Source of the DNA: a virus
Lineage: Duplodnaviria > Caudoviricetes
Length of the DNA: 25,718 nt
Strand: one strand, 5' to 3'
IMG/VR virus record: IMGVR_UViG_3300037470_001143
Location: 1 to 25,718 of that record
Made by a program: the position numbers and the translations under genes. Positions 1 through 7,940 of this stretch are shown one piece after another; position 1 is the stretch's first letter, and each line of letters begins with the position of its first letter. The notes beneath the pieces are model-generated. The model was not told the DNA's origin. It saw nothing but the letters and a program-made list of their open reading frames with translations, and did no database searches.

Positions 1-3000
1 CCTCGTCGTACGTCACCGAGGTTCCACCGATGGTGGAATACTCGTTGGCGGCATTTTCGAGAACGTAGGCAGTTGTCGTGCTGTCCCGGTCCGTGTGTGA
101 TTCCCGGTTGCCGGCCAGATCGAGCACGACGGATTCGGACTCGGCCGTTGCCGTGAAATCCGTGTTGGTCAGGCGGTTGAGGGAATCGACGGTAAAGACC
201 CTGTTGTCATTCGCGATTCCAGGCACGCCCGTTGCACTCTGGGTTTCCGGATTTCCATCTTCGTCGTGCGTAAACCCATACGTCGCGACATCCAGTTGCT
301 GGATGCCGTCGGGGCAGTAGGTATTGGCCGCCTCGGAAATGCGCCGATGAGGGTCGTACTGAAGGTCATATCCATAGTAGCTGTTACCGCCCGGCGCGGT
401 TGTGATCGTGCGGCGCATGTCGAGCAATCGACCGTCATAGTTATGGTCAATAAGTAGATTGCCGCCCAGATGCACTGTGTCGACCTGTCCCAGCGGCGTC
501 ACCGAGAAGGACAACGATTCTGTTCCCGGGTAGGTCAGCGACATGAAATTGCCGGATTGGTCGAAACCATAGTCGACTGTTCGCGGCGTTTCCTGCGCGA
601 TGGTCTGCGCCTCGAAATCGAGATCGCCGAGACCGGTGTAGTCCGTCGAACATGATGCATCGGCATCGGGGACCGTCGTCGTTCCGCGTTGCGCGAGGGT
701 GCGCCTGCCCAGGGCGTCGTATTCAAAGGAGTCGCGAGCCGAACCGGTCGTACCCGTGATCAAGAGCCCCCTGTCATCATATTCCATCGTGCTGACGAAA
801 CCGCGCTGGTCCGTTCGCACCATCACCCGGCCGGCGTCGTCGTGTTGCAGCCGCAGACAATCCGTGCATGCGGCAATCTGCGGCTCCGTAACGTCGATTG
901 TGTTATCCGGATAGACGACCCGCGTCATGCGGCCCAGCGAATCGTAGCGGAACAGCGTGGCTTGATCCGGCAGCGCGCCGCCAGCGTCGTTTTTATTCTT
1001 CGCCACCTGCGTGATGAGTTGGCCCAAACAGTTGTAGGTAAATTCCGTTTGACGTTCCAGTGGCCCGCCGAGGTCCTCGATCAGCATCGTGGGCCGCCCG
1101 GCCAGATCGCGATCCGTTTTCTCAACGATGTCGCGTGGATCGGTTCTGGTCACGCGCCGGTCAAGGGCATCAAGGGTGGTTGACGTGACCAGAGGCGGCG
1201 ATCCTGCTTCCGTCCTTGACGTCTCCCGATCGTGGCCGTCATATCCGATCGTGAACGTGCGACTCCCGACACCGTCGTTGATAACGATCGTGTCCAGACG
1301 ACCATTCGCCGCGTAGTCGTCATCTGTGAAAGATGCGGAGGGGTCCGTGACCACGTCGATCCGTCCATGGTCATCGTAGGTTGTTGTCGTTGTATTCGGT
1401 GTGGCCGAATTGTTGTTGTAGGTCGTCCGCGTCATCTCTCGCCCATCCGCGTCGTAGGTGTTTAACGTAACCCGGTTGACCGTGACGTCCGCCATCAGCG
1501 GGTTCGTCAATATGGCGGTCGGATCGGCCAGGCCTACACTCCGGAGGCGACGACTGGCATTGTCGTACGCGAATACAGTCGTCTTTCTGGCGGTGTTCGT
1601 TGACTCACTCCAAGTCTCGCGCAGCAGGTCTCCGCGGGAGTTATAGACGCGATCACGAAAGTGCCGCAGCCCGTTCGCATCCTCGGGAAATGTCGTCCGC
1701 CTGAGGCGACTCAGCGCATCGTAGGTTATGTCGGTCACCGCCGAGTTCATGGCGTCCAGCTTGACAGTGCGGCGCGTGACGTTGCCACGCTTGTCGTAGT
1801 CGAAGTCCGTCTGGCCGCCCTCGGAATCGCTGATCATGTCAATACGACTCGTACCGTCGTAAACGGTCGTGATCACACGATCAGCAACAGTGGCATCCCC
1901 GGGCGAACGCTCTTCAATGACGTTGCCGCTCCAATCGAACATGAATTGAGTGACCGGATCGTTCGATCCGTCGACATTCGTTTCGAGGCGCTGGCGCGTT
2001 TCGTAGTTGAGCCCCTCCTCGTCGAGTTTTGCTGTGCTGTCCGAGAGAACGACGCCCAGCTCTTCAACGGTGCGGCGAGTGATATGATTCGCTTCGTCGT
2101 ATTCAAATTCGGTTGTGATGATGTTCCCGCCGTCCGGACCGGGATGTCGCTTTTCCTGGAACACGCGATCAAAGCTGTCGTACACATTCTCCAGCATCGC
2201 ACCTGTCGGGAGATTGGTGTATTGAAGATTCCCCATTGCGTCGAACTGGAATGTCGTCTCGAGATTTCTATCGTCCGGACCGGGAACACCCGGCGTAACC
2301 GATTTCAGCAACGGCATCGTCGAATCCACGAGGCCCCTTCCGTCATACGATCGGGCGATTCCCCTTCCGGACGTGTCGAATTCCGTCACGACATCGCCCA
2401 ACCAGTTGTAGACAAAGTTGGCCGTCTGTCCGATTCCGCCGGGATCGAGCTCCCGCTTGGTCATTTGGCCGAGGCGATCGTACGTGAACACGGTAGCGAT
2501 CAGCGGAGCGGAGGCGGGAAGACCCAATTGGTTCTTGTCCTCAACGTCAACCGTCGACAACCTGCCATTGACGTCGTATGTATTGGTCGTCGCATAAAAT
2601 CCCCCCGAAATGCCCGCGCAGGGGTCCGTGACCGCCTGCGAGATAAGAAATCGCTCAACCTTGGCGACGCGTCCGTCGTCATCAAACTGAGTGCGCGTTA
2701 CAAATCCGTCGGGATCGATGGTGACTTGGTCCTGCGTGGCCTGCGTATCGCAATAGAGGAATTCGGTGACGAAATCATCCCCGACCGGATTGTCAATCGT
2801 CTGCTTCGTCACGCGCAGGAGGGCATCTACCTCAAAGTCCGTAGTGAAGAAATCCGACGCGCCCGGCCCAAAGCGGGTCTCCTCGCGCATGAGCGTCCGG
2901 GTGGAAGTCGCGTATGTGAATTTCTTTTCCGGAATCCGCGTGCCGGACGTCCCCATTATGACGGTCGGACCGGCACGGCTCAGCAAGAAGTTGCTCTGCT

Positions 3001-4846
3001 CCCCCGGCAACCCGTCTCCGGTTTGCTCAGTGTCTCCATCCTCATAGTCAAACGTCACCTCGGACATCGGGCCGCGACCATCGCGCTGCTTGACGATCCG
3101 GGGACGATGGAACAGCCGCGTAACCGCCTGAAATGGATAGAAAAACTCGTAATCCACGTCGAAGAGCGTAAGGACATCCTGTCCGTTGGTTCTTGTAGTC
3201 TTGGTGCGGAACCCGAAGTTGTGGTCTGACAAGAGGAAGGGGGCGTCGTACTCGTGCGTTAAAGTCGAGCTATCCGGCAGGACCACCTGAGTGATGACCA
3301 TTGTTCCTGACGCGTTGTTCACATCATGGGTGAAGGTGGTTTCTCGAACTGGTAGGACTCCCCCCAGGCCCGTCTGCAAATCCTCGTAAACCTTGATTTT
3401 CGCGAGCCGGTGATTCAACGAATTGGCGGTATCAAATTCGAAGTCAGTTTGCCGATACTCCGTTTCGTTCACGAACTCTCGGCGAGTGTGCGTCGTCGGG
3501 CCGCTCGACTTGTCGTGCTCCACAACGACTCGGAGGCCGTCCATGTCGTTCACGAAGCGCAATTCGGCGTCCAGCACCGTCGGATTGCCGTCCGCGTCGT
3601 TGGAGTACGTGAATTGGTACATCACGCTCTGATTCGAATCGCGAACTTCGGTTACGCGGCCAGCCGAGTTGTTTGAGAAGTACCTGGCGCCTTTGCCGGA
3701 ATTGGGCACTACTCCCAGGATCACACCGGTCATCACGTCGGACTGAATCTGCCAACTGCGAAGATCCGTCATCGAACCAAGTCCCGATCGGACCGACACG
3801 AGCGACACGTCATCCATCGTACGAGTCAAGACAATTCGGTTTGGGTTCGTTGGTGCGTGGTCACGAATCTCGTCGACAAAGTCGTCGCTGCCGTAGTCGT
3901 ATTCCTGAGATGCAAGAGCTTGCTGCGGCAGCGCAAGCGGACGAATAAAATCGATCCGACGCAAGCCATTCACGTTGCCCGTGAGGGAGTCATAACGTGT
4001 GGCGTCGGGTCCCAAGATGCGCGAATCCGTGCGGTAGCCTGTCAGGTGTCCGGCCCAGGGGGTGCCGTATTTCGTCTTGTTTGGACCACTCACCGACGCG
4101 CTTGTCTGAAAGTGGTCGGAATTCATGATGTGCAACGATTCGGCGGCACCAGGCAACAAACAATCGCGCCGCGAGATCGCCGAATCGTCGTTTCCAATAT
4201 TGGGTAGATTATCTATGAAGGCCGCGCCAATCATGTCCGCGCTGCGTCCAACCGGAATAGTCAACTGCGCATTCCCTGCCGTGACATCCAAGATGGGTGT
4301 ACCGAGATGGAACGCCTCCTCCAATCCCGGTAACATACAAAATGAACCTGTCGTTGCACTCACCGTGATAGTACGATCAACATCCACGAGGCCACTCGTC
4401 GTGTTGTATTTGAAGTGCACGGTAAAGTCTTGTGGGGCAAGTGTATTGACACCGATTGCTTTGAACGACAGGCGGGTAAACGTGTGTGGACCTTTAGGTA
4501 CTAATGCGGGCATTTGCTCCGTCGTATCGGTCAGATTTACTTCGTCACCCGATGCATCCAATTCGCGATACATTCGCAACACGCTACGATCCCAATTGCC
4601 AACCACCCAGACTTGAAGCTCTGCATCTGTAATATCTAGTGGCCCACCAAGTCGCGGCTCGACATGATTCAAAATCTCTCCGTAGCCGATATCATTCGTG
4701 CACTCCCGAAGCGACGTAATGGTACCGTGATACGGCGCGTGCAGGACATCGTCACCCTCAAGGGATGTGATCTGCCCGAAAGTAGGGGGCACAAGACAAA
4801 AAACCGCGATGGCAATGAGTGAAATCATCGTACGATTGGATCTCAT
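1..4846 (-). CDS. Large secreted Rhs/YD-repeat protein (3' end beyond left edge; >1600 aa in window)
   Basis: ATG at 4846 follows RBS aagGGAGGtgg. The N-terminus MRSNRTMISLIAIAVFCLVPPTFG-Q looks like a Sec signal peptide. Manual translation gives YD repeats (YDVNGRL, YDRLGQMT, YNWLGD) and ends ...NAANEYSTIGGTSVTYDE at the edge, typical of the distal Rhs core. The track lists no terminated ORF in this frame over 1-4846, consistent with one open frame leaving the window. Confidence 0.9.
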   Translation of the reverse strand, partial: MRSNRTMISLIAIAVFCLVPPTFGQITSLEGDDVLHAPYHGTITSLRECTNDIGYGEILNHVEPRLGGPLDITDAELQVWVVGNWDRSVLRMYRELDASGDEVNLTDTTEQMPALVPKGPHTFTRLSFKAIGVNTLAPQDFTVHFKYNTTSGLVDVDRTITVSATTGSFCMLPGLEEAFHLGTPILDVTAGNAQLTIPVGRSADMIGAAFIDNLPNIGNDDSAISRRDCLLPGAAESLHIMNSDHFQTSASVSGPNKTKYGTPWAGHLTGYRTDSRILGPDATRYDSLTGNVNGLRRIDFIRPLALPQQALASQEYDYGSDDFVDEIRDHAPTNPNRIVLTRTMDDVSLVSVRSGLGSMTDLRSWQIQSDVMTGVILGVVPNSGKGARYFSNNSAGRVTEVRDSNQSVMYQFTYSNDADGNPTVLDAELRFVNDMDGLRVVVEHDKSSGPTTHTRREFVNETEYRQTDFEFDTANSLNHRLAKIKVYEDLQTGLGGVLPVRETTFTHDVNNASGTMVITQVVLPDSSTLTHEYDAPFLLSDHNFGFRTKTTRTNGQDVLTLFDVDYEFFYPFQAVTRLFHRPRIVKQRDGRGPMSEVTFDYEDGDTEQTGDGLPGEQSNFLLSRAGPTVIMGTSGTRIPEKKFTYATSTRTLMREETRFGPGASDFFTTDFEVDALLRVTKQTIDNPVGDDFVTEFLYCDTQATQDQVTIDPDGFVTRTQFDDDGRVAKVERFLISQAVTDPCAGISGGFYATTNTYDVNGRLSTVDVEDKNQLGLPASAPLIATVFTYDRLGQMTKRELDPGGIGQTANFVYNWLGDVVTEFDTSGRGIARSYDGRGLVDSTMPLLKSVTPGVPGPDDRNLETTFQFDAMGNLQYTNLPTGAMLENVYDSFDRVFQEKRHPGPDGGNIITTEFEYDEANHITRRTVEELGVVLSDSTAKLDEEGLNYETRQRLETNVDGSNDPVTQFMFDWSGNVIEERSPGDATVADRVITTVYDGTSRIDMISDSEGGQTDFDYDKRGNVTRRTVKLDAMNSAVTDITYDALSRLRRTTFPEDANGLRHFRDRVYNSRGDLLRETWSESTNTARKTTVFAYDNASRRLRSVGLADPTAILTNPLMADVTVNRVTLNTYDADGREMTRTTYNNNSATPNTTTTTYDDHGRIDVVTDPSASFTDDDYAANGRLDTIVINDGVGSRTFTIGYDGHDRETSRTEAGSPPLVTSTTLDALDRRVTRTDPRDIVEKTDRDLAGRPTMLIEDLGGPLERQTEFTYNCLGQLITQVAKNKNDAGGALPDQATLFRYDSLGRMTRVVYPDNTIDVTEPQIAACTDCLRLQHDDAGRVMVRTDQRGFVSTMEYDDRGLLITGTTGSARDSFEYDALGRRTLAQRGTTTVPDADASCSTDYTGLGDLDFEAQTIAQETPRTVDYGFDQSGNFMSLTYPGTESLSFSVTPLGQVDTVHLGGNLLIDHNYDGRLLDMRRTITTAPGGNSYYGYDLQYDPHRRISEAANTYCPDGIQQLDVATYGFTHDEDGNPETQSATGVPGIANDNRVFTVDSLNRLTNTDFTATAESESVVLDLAGNRESHTDRDSTTTAYVLENAANEYSTIGGTSVTYDE

Positions 4847-4921
4847 CTTCCACCTCCCTTATGGCCATCACCGATCTCTCTCGCCAGATCCGGCGGCAAT
4901 CCGTAATCGGGATACTTCTCG

Positions 4922-6286
4922 TCAAGGTCGGCGCTGACCCGGCGCGCCGCCACGGGCCGCCACTTGGGCTGATCCATCTGACGAGTTGTTTGCAAAGAGG
5001 CAGTTTGTAAAAGCCAGCGGGACTTTGGGGCGTGCAGTTTCAGAGTGAATGGCACCGCCACGCGCTCCATTCGTGGCCTGATTTCCGAGGAATTGGCAAT
5101 TGATGATGGCACCATCCGGTCTGATAGCTGCCCCCAAGAGCTCGAGCCCCTGATTGTCCGGGCCCGGCTCGGTTACGCCGTCACCGATGGCGCGGTTGTT
5201 CGAAAACCGGCAATCGACAAGAAGGAACTCAACACTCGTTTGGAAACTCCAATCCTCCGCCAGACAGATTGCGCCGCCGGCGCCGCTCTGGGCTTCATTA
5301 CCTTCAAATGTGCATCCTCGCGCTTCGAGGCGCCCCTCGTATGAATAGATCGCGCCGCCATGTGCAGCGACGTTGTTGGTAAACGTGCAATTCTCGACAA
5401 GAAAATCGTCCACCCCAACGCCGGAAGACCTACCGAGAATTGCCCCCCCCACGCGATCGTCGGCGATCGTCGTGAGCGTGTTGTTGGTGAATACGCAATT
5501 GAAGAAGCTTATCGCTGTGAAGTCTGCATAGGCACCGGCGCCTCCGCCTCGGAACGAGTCAACGCCGTCTGCGATGTTGTCGATAATCGCGCAATTTTCA
5601 AATCTCGGACCGGCTTCATCGGCATTGTTGACATAGATGCCCCCTCCCGACCGTTGCGCCCAGTTCTCCGCGATGACGCAATTGCTTACCAGGGCGCGAC
5701 CGGTGAATGCCGAAGGCGTAAAGACATCAATGAAGACGCCGGCGCCGAATCCTTTTAGGGTCGGAGGGTCGTCCTCGGCGAATCCATGCGCGATCGTAAA
5801 TCCGTCGATTCGCGTCATGTCATCCGTTTGGCTCAGGTCGAGGACGTGAAAGGCGTTCTCGTCAAAGTTGACAAAGCCGGACGAATCGTTTTGCGTCAGG
5901 TCCCCGCTGAGAATCGTAATGAACGACTCGGGGTCCCGAGTGTCAGGAGAGGCATGGTCGAAGCCAATGTAGCCACCCTCAATCGTAATGCCGGCCTTGA
6001 TTCGAAAAGTTTCACTTCGCGAGTCCTGGACGTGATCCGGGGGACTGAAGCCGCCGTCGTCATCAGGATAATAGGTTCCCTGTGCGACCTTGATCGTGTC
6101 GCCCGGCATGGACGCGTCGAGCGCGTCCTGGAGGTACTGAAACGATGATTGCCATTGCATCCCGTCGTGCGGGCCGCTAATGTTGCTGTCGTCGACGTAC
6201 CAGGGCGTTCCGTAGGATGGCTCTGGTAGATAGGCAATGAGGAGAATAGCGAGAATCAGACAGGAAAGGCGCCCGGGCATGCTCAT
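4922..6286 (-). CDS. Secreted right-handed parallel beta-helix (pectin-lyase fold/Pmp-like GGA repeat) protein, probably C-terminally truncated
   Basis: Likely start MSMPGRLSCLILAILL at 6286 (RBS aaggag), with a signal peptide. Motifs WYVDD..G..DG..W..SFQYLQDAL, IKVAQGTYYP and ETFRI..GITIEGGY, then repeated GGAI/FxNNxA units. Ends abruptly after ARGGA. Confidence 0.8.
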   Translation of the reverse strand: MSMPGRLSCLILAILLIAYLPEPSYGTPWYVDDSNISGPHDGMQWQSSFQYLQDALDASMPGDTIKVAQGTYYPDDDGGFSPPDHVQDSRSETFRIKAGITIEGGYIGFDHASPDTRDPESFITILSGDLTQNDSSGFVNFDENAFHVLDLSQTDDMTRIDGFTIAHGFAEDDPPTLKGFGAGVFIDVFTPSAFTGRALVSNCVIAENWAQRSGGGIYVNNADEAGPRFENCAIIDNIADGVDSFRGGGAGAYADFTAISFFNCVFTNNTLTTIADDRVGGAILGRSSGVGVDDFLVENCTFTNNVAAHGGAIYSYEGRLEARGCTFEGNEAQSGAGGAICLAEDWSFQTSVEFLLVDCRFSNNRAIGDGVTEPGPDNQGLELLGAAIRPDGAIINCQFLGNQATNGARGGAIHSETARPKVPLAFTNCLFANNSSDGSAQVAARGGAPGQRRP

Positions 6287-6522
6287 TTCACTCTCCTTGC
6301 CGCCCACGCCGCACATGCTGCAACGCTAACGGGCCGCGAAATACGAAGCGTGGCTCGCCCTACCTGTGGAGCACTATCGTAGCGAGATCGGCCGGGCAAA
6401 TGCAATCCGATAATGAGACCGAACCGTAGCAACGTGGAGAATCCCATCCAACCGCTGGCGGGTTGGTAACGCTTGCAATTCTGGCCCTCGCCGCCTAACA
6501 TTAGTGGGCCAAAGGGGTTAGC

Positions 6523-7236
6523 GTGTATCACGGACGGACATTCATCGTTGCCTTTGGACTGCCGCTTTTGTTCGGCACGAACATTCGTGCTGACGTAGAG
6601 ATCACGAACTGGTTCTTGGGATCGACAGTATTCGATTCAGAGGGAAGCGACACGCAAGCGTCTGTCTTGGTGCAGAATCCTTTCAACGAAACGATCGTGG
6701 CCCAAGTCGGCGATTCATTTGTTAGCACGAACTACGACGTGTCTTGGCTCCTTGACTATGTGACGTTCGACATGGTCAGCAGTCACCATGCAGAGCAGGT
6801 AGTGGGCAGGGTGGTAGCAGGGGGTAATGTGACATTGACTCCGATGGCGGATTCCGTCCTGTCGCTGTCCGCGCAGTATCAATACGCATGGCATCCGTCG
6901 GTGTTTGCTAATGCGAGTTTGTCGTTTTCGGTCGTAGAATTGGGAGTTGCGGAAATCTTCCACGACGGCCTCACGGGGGGCAATACGCCGCTGGGTGATC
7001 CGTTCGGGACGCTGATCCTTCCCGACGCGACTGTGGGCCTTTTGGCGGGACGCGAATACAAAATATTGTTTTCTGCATTGATCGACTATGCAAATGAAGG
7101 CTCCCCCGGCCAACCGGGAATCAGCACCGCCAACATCTCATTCTCCATCACCCCCGTCCCCGAGCCCTCGACGCTCATGCTCTTTGGACTGATCGCCCCT
7201 GCGATCCTTCGCGCTCGGCGTACACGACGAAATTGA
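6523..7236 (+). CDS. PEP-CTERM sorting domain protein
   Basis: N-terminal signal peptide. C-terminal VPEPSTLMLFGLIAPAILRARRTRR = PEP motif + transmembrane helix + basic tail. Confidence 0.92.
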   Translation: MYHGRTFIVAFGLPLLFGTNIRADVEITNWFLGSTVFDSEGSDTQASVLVQNPFNETIVAQVGDSFVSTNYDVSWLLDYVTFDMVSSHHAEQVVGRVVAGGNVTLTPMADSVLSLSAQYQYAWHPSVFANASLSFSVVELGVAEIFHDGLTGGNTPLGDPFGTLILPDATVGLLAGREYKILFSALIDYANEGSPGQPGISTANISFSITPVPEPSTLMLFGLIAPAILRARRTRRN

Positions 7237-7284
7237 ACGCTCTTTGCGAGCGAGTGGATTCCTCAAGCGTCCCTTCATTGTGAA

Positions 7285-7779
7285 TCAGCCGGCCGTCCGA
7301 CCCCTGACCTTCGGAACCGTGACATTCTCACGTTCGAGTGACGCGATTACTTGTCGCGCGAAGATGGTTGTCGCGCCGGCGATCGAGACGCCACGGAAAA
7401 TCCGCCCACCCGCTGGTGGGGGTCCTGCCAGGCCGGTGTTGATCGGATGCCCGAGGATGATCAATTCGGCTGCATTCCATCTCGCCTGCTGTGATGGGTC
7501 GGGGTGGGGGCAGCGGGCTTGGGGATGGGCCTGCATTCGGGCCAGCTTTGCGGCGCAGGGCTGGAAGTCGCGGTCGGGATTGACGATCAATGCGCAGGCC
7601 AGCGGCATGGCCGGGCGCTTGATGCATTGGTTGCAGGTCAGGCACACGTCGCGGCGCGTTAGGCGGCGATCGGCGTCTGAAGTCGAATCCAATTCCTGCG
7701 CTGCATGATTTGCGTTTTCGTGCGACATCGCGTGCCGCTCGTTGGCGGCGGACTGCTTGCGAATCTGCCGTTCGTCCAT
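7285..7779 (-). CDS. Hypothetical Cys-containing protein, last gene of the phage-like operon
   Basis: Co-oriented with the tail genes; CLTCNQC plus further Cys residues. Start uncertain because it lies inside the 78-bp repeats. Confidence 0.45.
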   Translation of the reverse strand: MDERQIRKQSAANERHAMSHENANHAAQELDSTSDADRRLTRRDVCLTCNQCIKRPAMPLACALIVNPDRDFQPCAAKLARMQAHPQARCPHPDPSQQARWNAAELIILGHPINTGLAGPPPAGGRIFRGVSIAGATTIFARQVIASLERENVTVPKVRGRTAG

Positions 7780-7940
7780 CGGTACACTCTCGGGGTCACC
7801 GCGTTACGTCAAGCGCCGCTCAGCGGTGGATTGATCGCGAATCTCCGGTTGGTCCATTGGCAAACTCTCGGCGTCACCGCGCCACGTCATGCGCCGGTCA
7901 GCGCCGGCAGGATCGACACGAATCTCAGGTCCGCCCAGCC
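7730..7940. repeat. Degenerate tandem repeat, ~78-81 bp x ~2.5-3 copies
   Basis: gaatct at 7761, 7839 and 7920; actctcggNgtcaccgcg..acgtca.gcgccg.tcagcg at 7786 and 7864. Confidence 0.8.

Noticed and set aside
1661-3229. 522-aa plus-strand ORF and other plus-strand ORFs over 78-4616
   Set aside because: Antisense shadows of the Rhs gene.
7730-7940. Possible DGR template/variable repeat pair or CRISPR array
   Set aside because: Mismatches are not adenine-specific, no reverse transcriptase is present, and there are no identical repeats with unique spacers or cas genes.
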